From Treponema sp. (lineage in GTDB: Bacteria; Spirochaetota; Spirochaetia; Treponematales; Breznakiellaceae), in the NCBI GenBank assembly GCA_031286095.1, contig JAITUY010000203.1, positions 1 through 51,902 on the forward strand: DNA of 51,902 nt, read 5' to 3'. Below, piece after piece: positions 16,529 to 27,407 of this stretch; positions within the stretch are counted from its first letter, which is position 1; each line of letters opens with the position of its first letter. A program made the translations under genes and the position numbers. Below the pieces are notes generated by a model. That model saw only the letters and a list, made by a program, of their open reading frames with translations, did not search any database and was not told the origin of the DNA.

Positions 16529-18238
16529 TTATTCCTCCAATAGCCAGGTTCTGATAAGCTGAGCCGCATCATCAGGATGCTCTTTCGCCATATTGATGAC
16601 GCTTTCCATAAGTTCCATCCTGTTGCGTTCTTCCAGCGAAATGGAAACTTCCATTCCTTCCTGTTCCGCGGCGGCCATTGCGCTTTCCCGCAACATCTGC
16701 TCTCTGCGCGCCCGCTCTTCTTCCGCAAGCCTCCTGCGCCTCTCCATCTCGCGGGAGATCATCCTGAATAATATAAACCCGAATAACAATAATGTCAAAC
16801 CTGAAAGGAAAACGATAACCGTAGTTTGTATCTGTTTCTTCCTGAAATACGCGGCGTCTTCCAGTTTAAATTCTTCCGTTCTGTCAAAGGCGATATTGGT
16901 TACTGTAACAGAATCTCCTCTTGCGGAATTATAACCGATAGCATCGCGGATTATTCTTTCAGCCTTGCGCAGATCATCATCAGGAACCGGAATGTATTCG
17001 CGTTCCAGAGTGTTATCCGGCAGTACTACCAAACTCCCTTTTTCATCGTGTTTAAGTTTCCATGTTCCGTCTATATTGACGGAAACCGTAACACGCTCCA
17101 TCTGCTTCGGACTTCTTTCTTCTTTAGTTTTCGTCTCATTTATATCTTCGTTATGCGTTCTTGTAGTCTGCGTCATCTCGCCGTACAGGTTGCTCATATC
17201 CTTAAAAGCCGGAGGCGTCTGCCCTTCGACGCCGCTTGGTCCTTCGGGGTTCTGACCCGTCCCTTTCCATGTAGTTTCTGAAACGCTTTCCGAGCGCAAG
17301 ACGGATTCACGCCTAACTGAATCATCATAAGGAAGTCCTGGCGTCGGCGGCTTAATTATAACGGGAAAATATTCCGTTGTATCAACGGATTTTTTAGACA
17401 TATCTTTATCTATTTTTATGTTAAGGTCCCTGACGCGGTTTGAGGTAAAAGTGCTTTGAAGCTGGCTAAGTATGCGAGTGCGGTATATTTTTTCGTCGTC
17501 TTGAACGATTTTACTTTCGCGCACAATATTGGAAAGCCTATCCGATTCCGCCATTCCTTCAAAATCGTTAATCACATTCGCGTAATTATCGGTTATGGCG
17601 ATATTTTCATCTTTCAGCCCTTCTATAGCAAGTTTAAGGAGTTTTTGTATACCCTCAATTTTTTTTCTGTTTTTTGTAATATCGCTTCCAGGCGTAGGGA
17701 AAATGACTACGCTGGCGCTTACAGGATTCTGCTCGCTCTGAAAAAGCTCTTTTGCCGGCCATACTATACTGACCCTTGTATTATCCACGCCCTCAATAGA
17801 TTTAATATGCTCGACAATCATCTGCTGTTGGGCGCGTTGAAGATTTATCTTGCGCTCAAGATCGGTAATTGTCCAGCGCTCTTTGTCAAATATCTTCCAT
17901 GGGTCTATATTTGAGGGAATAAGGTCTTCCCTGATCAATATAGTCCTCATGCGGCGCGCCGTCGTCTGGTCCGCGACCTGCACAATGCCGTTTGGGGTAA
18001 CAGTTACGTTTACTCCCTCCTCATTAAGCCTGACAAGGATTCTGTCAAGAACCTCTTCATCTCTGATTGGAGCGTCAATTACAGACGCCATAACGGGAGT
18101 TGCCGAAACTCTAAAGAGCATAACAATCCCCACGACTACGGCGACAATGACGGCGAGAAAAATTACCCTTTGCCGCATAGACCAATCCGCCCAGAAACCG
18201 GCGGCTTTAGCCAAGATTTTTTTTAGAAATTCATTCAT
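16529..18238 (-). CDS. fliF: Flagellar M-ring protein FliF
   Basis: Two transmembrane segments, ASV motif, AIGYNSARGDSVTV and C-terminal PDDAAQLIRTWL; between fliE and fliG. Confidence 0.93.
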   Translation of the reverse strand: MNEFLKKILAKAAGFWADWSMRQRVIFLAVIVAVVVGIVMLFRVSATPVMASVIDAPIRDEEVLDRILVRLNEEGVNVTVTPNGIVQVADQTTARRMRTILIREDLIPSNIDPWKIFDKERWTITDLERKINLQRAQQQMIVEHIKSIEGVDNTRVSIVWPAKELFQSEQNPVSASVVIFPTPGSDITKNRKKIEGIQKLLKLAIEGLKDENIAITDNYANVINDFEGMAESDRLSNIVRESKIVQDDEKIYRTRILSQLQSTFTSNRVRDLNIKIDKDMSKKSVDTTEYFPVIIKPPTPGLPYDDSVRRESVLRSESVSETTWKGTGQNPEGPSGVEGQTPPAFKDMSNLYGEMTQTTRTHNEDINETKTKEERSPKQMERVTVSVNIDGTWKLKHDEKGSLVVLPDNTLEREYIPVPDDDLRKAERIIRDAIGYNSARGDSVTVTNIAFDRTEEFKLEDAAYFRKKQIQTTVIVFLSGLTLLLFGFILFRMISREMERRRRLAEEERARREQMLRESAMAAAEQEGMEVSISLEERNRMELMESVINMAKEHPDDAAQLIRTWLLEE

Positions 18239-18259
18239 ATCCCCTCCCCAGGTATATTT

Positions 18260-18655
18260 TTATCTTGTATTAATTAAGTCTCTCCAGCCCTGAACCAGAC
18301 GGCTTAAAACATTTCGCGTAATGTTAAGCGCCATGCCAGCCTCTGCCTGAGCGATAGTTATATCATGAATATCAACCGAATCGGGATTGATAATCGCCTC
18401 TTTTTCAAGCTGATCTACAAATTGATTAGCGCCTGAAACTTTATCCAGCGCCTGTAGCATTGATTGTTCAAAAGTACCCGCTCTTGTTACATGCTCCGCG
18501 CTTATTTTTTTCTCCAGCGCGAGTACTTTATTCCCGCTTCCGAAATACGGACTGTCCGGCGGTAGCATGTGCTTTGGATGAGTAAGCGCCATTCCAGCCG
18601 CATAATTTTTTGCTCCAGCCGCGCTTATATAAGCCTCGTTACCAAATATTTTCAT
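18260..18655 (-). CDS. fliE: Flagellar hook-basal body protein FliE
   Basis: C-terminal DIHDITIAQAEA...; position between flgC and fliF. Confidence 0.87.
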   Translation of the reverse strand: MKIFGNEAYISAAGAKNYAAGMALTHPKHMLPPDSPYFGSGNKVLALEKKISAEHVTRAGTFEQSMLQALDKVSGANQFVDQLEKEAIINPDSVDIHDITIAQAEAGMALNITRNVLSRLVQGWRDLINTR

Positions 18656-18677
18656 AATCCCCTCCCCTGTCTATTTT

Positions 18678-19139
18678 CTATCTTGAACCTATGTCCAAGG
18701 CGCGTAAAAACATCGCCTTTGATCCTTCTATTATAGCCGCATTCGCCTCGTAAGAGCGGGACGCGGAAATCATGTCTACCATTTCGGTAACAATATCCAC
18801 ATTAGGAAGCTCTACATAACCTTTCTCCGGTCCGGATTTTATCGCGTCAGGGTGCGTAGGGTCCCAGCGAAGTGGATTCTTCGATGCATAATCCTTTTGA
18901 ATTTCCGATACGCGCACGCCGCGTCCAATCCCGTTGTCCATTGACTCGGGCAAGTAAGGAGAACGCCAGTACGGGCTGTCCACACGCGGGCGCATAATAA
19001 CTCTGCTCCGCCTGAAAGGACCGCCTTCATTTGTCCGTGTGGTATTGACGTTCGCCATGTTATCCGCAATTACATCAAGCCTTACCCTGTCGGCGCTTAA
19101 TCCTGTTGCGGCTGTATTAATCGAATTGAATATTCCCAC
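18678..19139 (-). CDS. flgC: Flagellar basal-body rod protein FlgC
   Basis: IADNMANVNTTR, DPTHPDA and PNVDIVTEMVDMISASRSYEAN. Confidence 0.96.
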   Translation of the reverse strand: MGIFNSINTAATGLSADRVRLDVIADNMANVNTTRTNEGGPFRRSRVIMRPRVDSPYWRSPYLPESMDNGIGRGVRVSEIQKDYASKNPLRWDPTHPDAIKSGPEKGYVELPNVDIVTEMVDMISASRSYEANAAIIEGSKAMFLRALDIGSR

Positions 19140-19143
19140 TTAT

Positions 19144-19557
19144 TTACCCTCTTAACACCTGATTTATCTGGCTGAATTCAAAAGCCGCCGACTGCGCCAA
19201 AAGCGTATATGTCATCTGATTCTGAGTGGCAAGCATGAATTCCTGTTCGGGATCGACATTGTTCCCGTTGTTGTTATATGTGCTGGTATAATCAAGCACC
19301 CTGCGTATCTGCACGTCTCTGTAATCCCTTTCCTTCCAGTTGGGGATATGTTTAGGATTTGTCAGCGTCAGTTCCAAGGCCGGTTTGTCCCTTTCGGAAT
19401 TAAGCGCCTTCTTCAATTCGCTTTCAAAATTAACGTTAGACCTTTTAAAGTTGGGAACAGTCGCGTTGGCGACATTATTGGCAATTACCTGACGGCGTAC
19501 GACATTTGCGTCCATCGCGCGGTGCAGTAAATCGACTGTTTTGGCAAAAGTATTCAT
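19144..19557 (-). CDS. flgB: Flagellar basal-body rod protein FlgB
   Basis: RQVIANNVANATVPNFK and NGNNVD motifs. Confidence 0.95.
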   Translation of the reverse strand: MNTFAKTVDLLHRAMDANVVRRQVIANNVANATVPNFKRSNVNFESELKKALNSERDKPALELTLTNPKHIPNWKERDYRDVQIRRVLDYTSTYNNNGNNVDPEQEFMLATQNQMTYTLLAQSAAFEFSQINQVLRG

Positions 19558-19576
19558 TAAACTTCCTCCCTTTCTA

Positions 19577-19604
19577 ACATCGGCAAAAGCCCAATCCCTC
19601 TTTA
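19577..19604 (-). promoter_or_regulatory. Putative sigma-28 (FliA) promoter of the flgB operon
   Basis: Minus strand TAAA-N16-GCCGATGT upstream of the flgB ribosome-binding site GGGAGG; the -35 overlaps the hslU stop codon. Consensus is TAAA-N15/16-GCCGATAA. Confidence 0.7.
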
Positions 19605-21137
19605 TAGAATATACCTGCCAAGGTCCTGATCCTTGACGATTTCAGCCAGTTTCTGGTTGACATAATCAACGGTTATGTCAATGGTAGCCGGAGTTATGTC
19701 GGATGCCTCAAAAGACAGTTCTTCCAGCAGGGCTTCCATTATTGTATGAAGCCGCCTGGCCCCTATGTTTTCCAGTTTTGAGTTTACGTCCGCGGCAAGG
19801 GCGGCAAGATGTTCAACGGCTTCAGGCTCAAAGTTGATTTTTACGTCTTCCGTGGCAAGCAGTTCCGTATACTGTCTTATAAGGGCGTTTTTTGGCTCGG
19901 TAAGTATTCGTAAAAAGTCGTCCTTGCCGAGTGAATCCAGTTCCACCCGCAATGGGAAACGTCCCTGCAATTCGGGGATAAGGTCGGAAGGCTTGCTTAC
20001 GTTGAACGCTCCCGCGGCTATAAAGAGGATATGGTCGGTATTGACCGGTCCCCATTTTGTGTTTACTGTAGCGCCTTCCACAATAGGAAGAATGTCGCGC
20101 TGTACGCCTTCGCGGGAAACATCGGGCCCGCCTCCCCTGTCGCCCTTTACGGCGATTTTGTCAATTTCATCAATAAAGATTATGCCCGTCTCCTCCACCC
20201 TCTGGCGGGCTTCGTCGCTCACACGGTCGCGATCTACAAGTTTTTCAGCTTCTTCGGCTTTTAGTATTTCCCTCGCCCTCGCTACGGTAACTACTTTCTT
20301 CTTCTTGCCGCCGCCGAAGAATCCTGCAATTCCCGAAAGACTGCTTTCAAGCTCTTCCATGCTTGTGCCCATCATTTCTATTGCCGGAAACTGCGGGTTC
20401 TGGTTTACCATAAGTTCCACAGGTCTGTCTTCCAGTTTTCCATCACGGAGCATAATTCTGAATTTTTCCCTTGTGGCTTTAAATTTTTCATCTTCGCCTT
20501 CGTTTAAGGGTTCTTCTTTTTCAGAAGCGTTTTTATCTTCTTCATTTTCGTCGTTTTTATTGGCTATAAAGGGAATCCCAACCTGCAATGTCGTCCCGAT
20601 AATGCTTCCGTTTGAATTTTCAGGATTTATAGAAAAAGAACCCATCGGCCTTACGACCGGTTTCATCTTTTTCTCTTTAGTTTTTTTTGAATTAGACGGA
20701 AGCAGTAAATCGAGTAACGCTTCTTCCGCGCGTTTTTCCGCCTCCTGCGTAACGGATTCCTGCATTTCCTGTTTTACCATTTGAAAACCAGCCGCCATAA
20801 GATCGCGTATCATGGATTCAACGTCTCTGCCCACATAGCCTACTTCGGTATATTTTGTCGCCTCCACTTTTAAAAACGGGGAACCCGCAAGTTTAGCGAG
20901 GCGGCGCGCGATTTCAGTCTTTCCTACGCCCGTAGGACCTATCATAAGGATATTTTTGGGCGCTATATCTTCGCGTAATTCAGGCTCAAGTTTCAGCCGC
21001 CTGATACGATTTCTTAACGCTACGGCTACAGCGCGTTTCGCTTTTTTCTGACCTACGATATATTTATCCAGCTCAAAAACAATTTCTTTCGGAGTCAGCC
21101 TGTTTACTTTTTCGTCAACCTGTTTGTTATCTGTCAT
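19602..21137 (-). CDS. hslU: ATP-dependent protease ATPase subunit HslU
   Basis: PKNILMIGPTGVGKTEIARRLA, GIIFIDEIDKI, VSREGVQRD and ENIGARRL. Start placed at ATG 21137, coupled to the hslV stop (TAATG). Confidence 0.96.
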   Translation of the reverse strand: MTDNKQVDEKVNRLTPKEIVFELDKYIVGQKKAKRAVAVALRNRIRRLKLEPELREDIAPKNILMIGPTGVGKTEIARRLAKLAGSPFLKVEATKYTEVGYVGRDVESMIRDLMAAGFQMVKQEMQESVTQEAEKRAEEALLDLLLPSNSKKTKEKKMKPVVRPMGSFSINPENSNGSIIGTTLQVGIPFIANKNDENEEDKNASEKEEPLNEGEDEKFKATREKFRIMLRDGKLEDRPVELMVNQNPQFPAIEMMGTSMEELESSLSGIAGFFGGGKKKKVVTVARAREILKAEEAEKLVDRDRVSDEARQRVEETGIIFIDEIDKIAVKGDRGGGPDVSREGVQRDILPIVEGATVNTKWGPVNTDHILFIAAGAFNVSKPSDLIPELQGRFPLRVELDSLGKDDFLRILTEPKNALIRQYTELLATEDVKINFEPEAVEHLAALAADVNSKLENIGARRLHTIMEALLEELSFEASDITPATIDITVDYVNQKLAEIVKDQDLGRYIL

Positions 21138-21682
21138 TAATTTAATTCCTCTAATGTTATTTGAACATTCGTATAAATACAAATGTTACCCGCTATTTTT
21201 AAGCTTTTTTCCGCTATTTCAGCCGCGGAAAATTTGCCGCTTTCCAGAAAAGCGAGAGCCGCGGCATAGGCGTAATTGCCGCCCGAACCTATTGCAAGCG
21301 CGTCTTCTGCGGGTTCGATCACATCCCCCGTGCCGGAAATAAGCAAAGTCTTTGTTATATCCGCCACCAATAGCAGGGCTTCAAGCCGCCTTAACGTTCT
21401 GTCCATACGCCAGTCCTTCGCCAGTTCTACCGCCGCTCTTAAAAGATCGCCTGAGTATTCTTTTAGTTTTGCCTCGAAACGGTCAAAAAGAGTGAACGCA
21501 TCGGCGGTTGCTCCCGCAAATCCGCAAAGTACTTTTCCATCCATAAGTCTTCGCACTTTGCGGGCGTTGTTCTTCATAACGGTTTCGCCCATCGTTACCT
21601 GTCCATCGCCCGCCATAGCGACTTTCCCGTCTTTCCTTACGGCTATTACCGTCGTCGAGCGTATATCCGGTCTATATCGCAT
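21137..21682 (-). CDS. hslV: ATP-dependent protease peptidase subunit HslV
   Basis: TTVIAVR catalytic Thr region, [15 protein letters not shown] and AIGSGG. Confidence 0.96.
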   Translation of the reverse strand: MRYRPDIRSTTVIAVRKDGKVAMAGDGQVTMGETVMKNNARKVRRLMDGKVLCGFAGATADAFTLFDRFEAKLKEYSGDLLRAAVELAKDWRMDRTLRRLEALLLVADITKTLLISGTGDVIEPAEDALAIGSGGNYAYAAALAFLESGKFSAAEIAEKSLKIAGNICIYTNVQITLEELN

Positions 21683-22598
21683 TTTTTTCTCCTTTTTTCT
21701 TCGCTCCGTGCGGATGCGCTTTCGCGTACACTTTCTTTAGATTTTCCAAATTTACATGCGTATAACGCTGTGTTGTGGAAAGGCTTGAATGTCCAAGCAT
21801 CTCCTGAACAATGCGCACATCACATCCTGAATTTACAAGGTGAGTCGCAAAACTATGCCTTAGCGCGTGAGGGTGAATATTTTTTCCAATTCCAGATTGT
21901 TGCGCGTAACGTGAGATTATCCATCGTACTCCCGGAACGGAAATAGGCTGTCCTTTCCTGCTGATAAACAGCGAACCTTTTTTTCCGTTTATTCCAAACA
22001 TGGCAAGCCGCGCCATACGCGCGGGCAGATATTCCGCTATGGCGGCTTTCGCCTCGTCTGAGAAAAACACGTATCTTTCTTTGCCGCCCTTTCCGGTTAT
22101 TCGCGCCTCGTCAAGCGATGAGGAAATATTTTCCATGCAAAGGGAGACAAGTTCCGAAATTCGCAAACCGGCCGAGTACATGGTTAAAATCAGCGCCTTG
22201 TCCCTTTCCGGCCAGAGAATGCCGGCGGTTTCAGGCAGGGAGGCAAAGGACGCCATTTCTTTTTCCCAAAGCACGCTAGGCAGTTTAACAGGCGTCTTAA
22301 CGTTTCTTAACGCCGTGCATGGATTGTCCGCCCTTTTGTTAAAACGCGCCTGCCAGCGGTAAAAGCCGCGTATCGAAGAAAGACAGCGATTTACGCTTGC
22401 CGCGGAAATGCTTTCCGCCGTTAAGTCGGCGATAAATTTTTGAATTTCATAAGGGGATGCTTTTTCCGCTTCTATTCCGCTAACAGAACAGTAATTCGCA
22501 TAACGAGAAAGATCGCATGAGTACGCCTCAAGCGTTCTTTCCGAACAACCGCGCACGGATTTAAGATATGATAAATATTCTTCAATTATCGTTTCCAT
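21672..22598 (-). CDS. xerC: Tyrosine recombinase, XerC-like
   Basis: [29 protein letters not shown] and [14 protein letters not shown]; start placed at ATG 22598 after GAGGA. The xerC versus xerD naming is tentative. Confidence 0.8.
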   Translation of the reverse strand: METIIEEYLSYLKSVRGCSERTLEAYSCDLSRYANYCSVSGIEAEKASPYEIQKFIADLTAESISAASVNRCLSSIRGFYRWQARFNKRADNPCTALRNVKTPVKLPSVLWEKEMASFASLPETAGILWPERDKALILTMYSAGLRISELVSLCMENISSSLDEARITGKGGKERYVFFSDEAKAAIAEYLPARMARLAMFGINGKKGSLFISRKGQPISVPGVRWIISRYAQQSGIGKNIHPHALRHSFATHLVNSGCDVRIVQEMLGHSSLSTTQRYTHVNLENLKKVYAKAHPHGAKKKGEKNAI

Positions 22599-22599
22599 T

Positions 22600-24753
22600 T
22601 TATTCCTCATCTTCCGCGCTGTGCAGATAATCGCAATCGGGATTTATGCACAATTTATGGGCTCCGTTTTTCTTGTCGTACTTTTCAACAAGGAAAAACC
22701 CGCATTTCGGACAACTTTGATTCAGCGGCTTAAAATGGCTGATAAAATCGCAATCGGGATAATTTGTACAGCCGTAGAACTCTTTGTTTTTACCTTTTGT
22801 TTTGCGGGCGACTATCTCGCCGTCGCATTTAGGGCATTTGGCAAGCGGCACAGATTTGGTGTTTCTGCACTCGGGAAAACCAGAACAGGCAAGGAAGAAT
22901 CCGAAACGCCCCAGTTTTTTTAACATGGGCTTGCCGCATTTTTCGCAAACGTGATCTGTCGGTTCGTCCAGAATTCCCTTAAACGATTCGATGTTTTTTA
23001 TAACATCGTCAACTGTCGTTTTAAAGGGATACCAGAATTCCTTGATCATTTCAGGCCAGCTGACTTTGTTTTCTTCAACTGCGTCAAGTTTTGTCTCCAT
23101 AGAGGCCGTAAAATCAGCGTCCACATATAACGGAAAATGTTCCGTTAATACGTCGCTTATCAATTTTCCAAGAATCGTAGGCACAAGCTGTTTATTGGAG
23201 CGCGTAACATAATAACGATCTAGCAAAACTGAAATAATCGAAGCGTAGGTCGACGGCCGCCCTATGCCTTTTTCTTCAAGCGTGCGCACAATGGAAGCGT
23301 CTGAATAACGCGAAGGTCCCTGTGTAAAGTGCTGTTCATTTTTGAATTTATCTACTTTTAATTTATCGTCCTTCTTAAGAGACGGGCAGGAACCTGTATC
23401 TTCTTCTTTAGAAGACAGAAGTTTTATCGCTTTGTAAAAACCTTTTTCGATCAGTTTTGTCCCGCTGACGCGAAAAAGTCCTTCCTCGTTACCTGCAACA
23501 ACTTTAATATCCACACTTACAGTTCTGCTTTTCGCGTTGTTCATCTGACTGGAAACAAATCTTTCCCAGATAATCGAATACAAACGGAACTGATCCTTTG
23601 TTAAAGTTTCTTTTAATGAATCGGGCGTATATTCGGTATACGTTGGTCTTATTGCCTCGTGCGCGTCCTGCGCGTTTTTGCCAACAGCGTACTCAACGGG
23701 CTTTTCAGGCAGTTCATTGGGATAATTTTTCTCCAGCCACGCGCGCACGTCTTCCAGCGCCGTTTGTGAAATACGGACGCTGTCTGTACGCATATAGGTA
23801 ATTAAACCTACGCGCGATGCGCCGATAGTTACGCCTTCGTAAAGCTGTTGCGCCACCTGCATTGTTTTACGCGATGTAAAACCAAGTTTGTTGGCGGCGG
23901 TTTGTTGAAGTTGCGATGTTGTAAAAGGCGCTTTAGGGCGGATAGTTTTGTCGGTTTCCCGCACGTCTGACACTACAAAATCGTTATCCTTTATTTTTTC
24001 GATTATTGCTTTTACTTCCGCCTCGTTTTTCAAAACAGGTTTGTTGTTATTCCAAAGTACAAGCTGGGCGGAATAAACTGTTTTACCCGATCTAAATTCT
24101 GCTTCCAGCGTCCAATATTCATCGGGAATAAAATTTTCAACTTCTTTTTCGCGTTCGCAAATCAGCCTGAGCGCCACGGACTGAACGCGCCCGGCGGAAA
24201 GACCGTTCTTCACTTTTTTCCACAAAAGAGGCGAAAGGCTGTAACCTACAAGCCTGTCCAGTACCCTGCGGGCTTTTTGCGCGGCGACTTTTGATTCATC
24301 AATTGTCCTCGGATTTAAAACGGCGTCTTTTACGGCCTGTGGAGTTATTTCATTAAAACTTATGCGCTCTATCGGGACTAACGCGGTTTTGGCGGTAATA
24401 GCGTTCCGCAGATGCCACGCGATCGCCTCGCCTTCGCGGTCATTATCGCACGCAAGCAGAACTTTGCCTGCTTTTTTCGCGTCTGTCTGCAGTTCTTTAA
24501 GAATTTTCGCCCTGCCGCGCACGGTGATATACTCAGGCTCAAAGTTATGCTCAATATCAATTCCGGTGCGCGATTTCGGCAAATCGATCAAATGCCCCAT
24601 AGACGCTTTTACATTGTAGGCTGATCCAAGATATTTCTCTATGGTTTTCACCTTGCCTGGAGATTCCACGATCACAAGAGTTTGTTTTTCCGCTTTCTCC
24701 TTCGCTTTTTTCGTAACCTTACTTTGTTTCTTTTCCTTTGTTTCAGCCGCCAT
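22600..24753 (-). CDS. topA: DNA topoisomerase I
   Basis: LVIVESPGK, DNDREGE, SAGRVQS, LITYMRTDS and C-terminal zinc ribbons. Confidence 0.97.
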   Translation of the reverse strand: MAAETKEKKQSKVTKKAKEKAEKQTLVIVESPGKVKTIEKYLGSAYNVKASMGHLIDLPKSRTGIDIEHNFEPEYITVRGRAKILKELQTDAKKAGKVLLACDNDREGEAIAWHLRNAITAKTALVPIERISFNEITPQAVKDAVLNPRTIDESKVAAQKARRVLDRLVGYSLSPLLWKKVKNGLSAGRVQSVALRLICEREKEVENFIPDEYWTLEAEFRSGKTVYSAQLVLWNNNKPVLKNEAEVKAIIEKIKDNDFVVSDVRETDKTIRPKAPFTTSQLQQTAANKLGFTSRKTMQVAQQLYEGVTIGASRVGLITYMRTDSVRISQTALEDVRAWLEKNYPNELPEKPVEYAVGKNAQDAHEAIRPTYTEYTPDSLKETLTKDQFRLYSIIWERFVSSQMNNAKSRTVSVDIKVVAGNEEGLFRVSGTKLIEKGFYKAIKLLSSKEEDTGSCPSLKKDDKLKVDKFKNEQHFTQGPSRYSDASIVRTLEEKGIGRPSTYASIISVLLDRYYVTRSNKQLVPTILGKLISDVLTEHFPLYVDADFTASMETKLDAVEENKVSWPEMIKEFWYPFKTTVDDVIKNIESFKGILDEPTDHVCEKCGKPMLKKLGRFGFFLACSGFPECRNTKSVPLAKCPKCDGEIVARKTKGKNKEFYGCTNYPDCDFISHFKPLNQSCPKCGFFLVEKYDKKNGAHKLCINPDCDYLHSAEDEE

Positions 24754-24762
24754 ATTACATCC

Positions 24763-25749
24763 TTATATATTGATTTCCAGAAAATCCGCCATAGACGCAG
24801 AAAGTTCCATTCCTGTCGAATCCCACACTGCACGATCGGCAGTATCCATGTTATCTGTAAACTCTATATTCCATTTTTCTAATATGTCGCCAACCGTATA
24901 AATTACTTCCGCCCCGTCAACTGCGAGATTTATCGTTCCCATTTTATCGTGTAACGATCCGTATTGACGTTCCTGAAGCCCGCTTGAGGCAACCCAAAGG
25001 TCCTTCCCCTGCTCAAGGGCAAACGCCGCCGTAATAAGCGCGCCAGATTTTTTCGGCGCTTCCACGATTATAACGCCCCGCGACAAGGCGGCGATAATCC
25101 TGTTTCTCGCCGGAAAATTCCATTTACTAGGCGGCGTCCCGGGGGGATATTCAGATAATAGCGCGCCGCCTGAATCGAGTATACGCTTCGCAACCGGTCT
25201 GTTTGAAGACGGGTAAATTTCATCTACGCCTGAGCCAAGCACCGCGTAACCGGGAACTCCGCCCGCGAGGTTCCCCCTGTGCGACATCGCGTCAATGCCA
25301 AGGGCAAGTCCCGAAACTACAGAAAGACCCGCCCTTCCCGCGCCGTAAGACAGCGTATAAGCCTGATTCGCCGCTTCCGGGCTTGGTCTTCGCGTGCCTA
25401 CCATGCCGAGCAGTGATTTATCCGGATCGGGAAGACAGCCCCTGTAATAAATAACAGCGGGAGGATCGTACATTTCCCTTAACAGCGGCGGGTACGCGGC
25501 GTTGCTCCACGACACCCAATTTATCGATCTGTTTTTGTGAACCGTCTCTATCCTTTCCGCCTGCGCGCGAACTTCGTTAATATCCCAAAAATTATTGATT
25601 TTCCTGCCCAAAAAATGTTCCATATCTTCCCGTGTTTGAAGAAGAAGATCGTCCTCACATTCAAAAACCTGCAACATATTTAATTTTTCCGCAGGCATTA
25701 AACGGGGTAAAAGAGAAATATATAAATCCAGCATTCCTCGTTTATTCAT
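24763..25749 (-). CDS. dprA: DNA-processing protein DprA (Smf)
   Basis: YPPLLREMYDPP, VGTR, VSGLALGID, FPARNRIIA and SGALITA. Confidence 0.93.
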   Translation of the reverse strand: MNKRGMLDLYISLLPRLMPAEKLNMLQVFECEDDLLLQTREDMEHFLGRKINNFWDINEVRAQAERIETVHKNRSINWVSWSNAAYPPLLREMYDPPAVIYYRGCLPDPDKSLLGMVGTRRPSPEAANQAYTLSYGAGRAGLSVVSGLALGIDAMSHRGNLAGGVPGYAVLGSGVDEIYPSSNRPVAKRILDSGGALLSEYPPGTPPSKWNFPARNRIIAALSRGVIIVEAPKKSGALITAAFALEQGKDLWVASSGLQERQYGSLHDKMGTINLAVDGAEVIYTVGDILEKWNIEFTDNMDTADRAVWDSTGMELSASMADFLEINI

Positions 25750-26491
25750 ACATCATCCTCTGGACAATTTCTATATTATTATAGGCTTCCGCCTGTATAT
25801 CCTTGTTTTTTGAACGGGAAATAATCTTTTCGTAAGTTTCAACCGCCTGCGTGTAGCTTCCCGTTACAGCATACGCCCGCGCCAGAATAAACATAGCCTG
25901 AATATCGGAAGACATTATTGACAAATAACGCTCAAGGTGCGGTATCGCTTCCGCCGGACGGTCAAGTTCAAACACATACAATACCGAAAGACCGTACATG
26001 GGTTTTGCGTAAGTTACATCAAGCTCCAAAGCGCGTTTATACGAGTTTTCAGAAAGTTTAAAATAATGGTCCCTTTCTTTTTCAGCGCCTGCGGAAAAAC
26101 CTACAATAGATTTCGCCACTTTGCCGGCGCTGACGCCTGCAAGATTATAAAGAACCGGGTCTTCGGGGATAAAATAAATAGCGCGTTCAAGAGCCTTAAG
26201 CGCATCATTGTACATTCCCTTGTCGACAAGTCTTACGGCTAGAATTTTCCAGTATGCTCCAGTCTGCGCTCCTTCCCTCACATTCCGTTCAATCTGATCT
26301 TCGTATAACGCAATTGCCTGCCTTAAACCTTCTATTGTTTCGGGCGGACCGCCTTTCGGGCTTAATTCGGCAATGTGGCGCGCAAGTTCCTTGTTCGCCG
26401 TTCTTCCCTTCAACTGATACAGAGAGTAAATCAAGAAACTTACAGCGGCAATAACGAATATGCCTAATACTATTTCTTTAAATTGTTTCAT
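25742..26491 (-). CDS. Membrane-anchored TPR protein
   Basis: N-terminal hydrophobic anchor and TPR-like helical repeats; same position as a conserved spirochaete gene between ftsZ and dprA. Confidence 0.78.
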   Translation of the reverse strand: MKQFKEIVLGIFVIAAVSFLIYSLYQLKGRTANKELARHIAELSPKGGPPETIEGLRQAIALYEDQIERNVREGAQTGAYWKILAVRLVDKGMYNDALKALERAIYFIPEDPVLYNLAGVSAGKVAKSIVGFSAGAEKERDHYFKLSENSYKRALELDVTYAKPMYGLSVLYVFELDRPAEAIPHLERYLSIMSSDIQAMFILARAYAVTGSYTQAVETYEKIISRSKNKDIQAEAYNNIEIVQRMMYE

Positions 26492-26503
26492 GTCATTCCC
26501 TCT

Positions 26504-27406
26504 TTATTTCGCCGTTCTTAACCGCGGCAAAAAGCGCCGGTGGTTTTCACGAAGAACCCCTACGTCCACATGCGTGTAAATTTGCGTCGTAGAAAGATCA
26601 GCGTGCCCTAAAAGCGCCTGTACTGTCCTTAAATCGGCCCCGCCTTTTAAAAGCCCTGTCGCAAAACTGTGCCGCAATGTGTGCAAGTGGGACGATGTTC
26701 CCGCAATAGCCGCCGATTTCGCGTAATTTTTCCAGATGCCTTTTCTTGAAAGCCTTTTTCCGTTTCTCCCGATAAAAAGAGCGTTGCTCTTCTTTGCCTT
26801 GCCCGCCAGTTTCGGGCGCACGTCCCGCAAATACTCCGTCAATTTTTCCGCCGCCGATGCTCCAAAAAGAGTTATACGCTCTTTGTTGCCTTTCCCTTTT
26901 ACTTTTGCCGTCCCGCTATCGATATCAATGTCCTTAATATTCAACCCCACCGCTTCTGAAACCCTTAATCCGGCGGAATAAATCAGCTCAAAAAGACATT
27001 TGTCGCGCATACCCAAAGGAGTGCTTGTATCTACTTTAGACAGTAGTTCTTCGACAATTTTTATGTCCATTACTTCAGGAAGACGCGCTTTCCGTTTTGG
27101 GCTTTCCAAAAGAAAAGCCGGATTATCCTTAACAAGCCCCTCGTCCATCGCAAATCTGAAAAACGATCTTAATGCGGAAACAGCTTTTGCCGCCGTCCGA
27201 GGATCGATTTTATCATTATTGCGCCGCATTGTAAGATACGCCGAAAGAAAAACTGCGTCAACACCGTCAAGGGGTTTTTGTTCCGCTGAAAGGAAATCAA
27301 GGAAACGGCGAATTTCAAGGCGGTAACATTCCCTTGTTAAGAGAGAGCGCCTTTCTACCGCGACAAGCCGTGAACAAAATTTGGCAAGTAAATCGTTTTT
27401 TTCCAA
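26504..27406 (-). CDS. xerD: Tyrosine recombinase, XerD-like
   Basis: YSAGLRVSE, GKGNKER, HTLRHSFAT and GADLRTVQALLGHADLSTTQIYTHV; TTG start. Confidence 0.82.
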   Translation of the reverse strand: MEKNDLLAKFCSRLVAVERRSLLTRECYRLEIRRFLDFLSAEQKPLDGVDAVFLSAYLTMRRNNDKIDPRTAAKAVSALRSFFRFAMDEGLVKDNPAFLLESPKRKARLPEVMDIKIVEELLSKVDTSTPLGMRDKCLFELIYSAGLRVSEAVGLNIKDIDIDSGTAKVKGKGNKERITLFGASAAEKLTEYLRDVRPKLAGKAKKSNALFIGRNGKRLSRKGIWKNYAKSAAIAGTSSHLHTLRHSFATGLLKGGADLRTVQALLGHADLSTTQIYTHVDVGVLRENHRRFLPRLRTAK

Positions 27407-27407
27407 A

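Noticed and set aside
19765-20784. 339-aa plus-strand ORF and the many other antisense ORFs in the track (for example 6347-7108)
   Set aside because: They lie opposite well-supported conserved genes (hslU, der and others) and have the Ser-rich composition typical of antisense shadows.
21672-27406. Two tyrosine recombinases flanking dprA-topA as a possible integrative element
   Set aside because: Both look like chromosomal XerC/XerD, and this arrangement between ftsZ and flgB is the normal treponemal gene order; no att sites or cargo seen.
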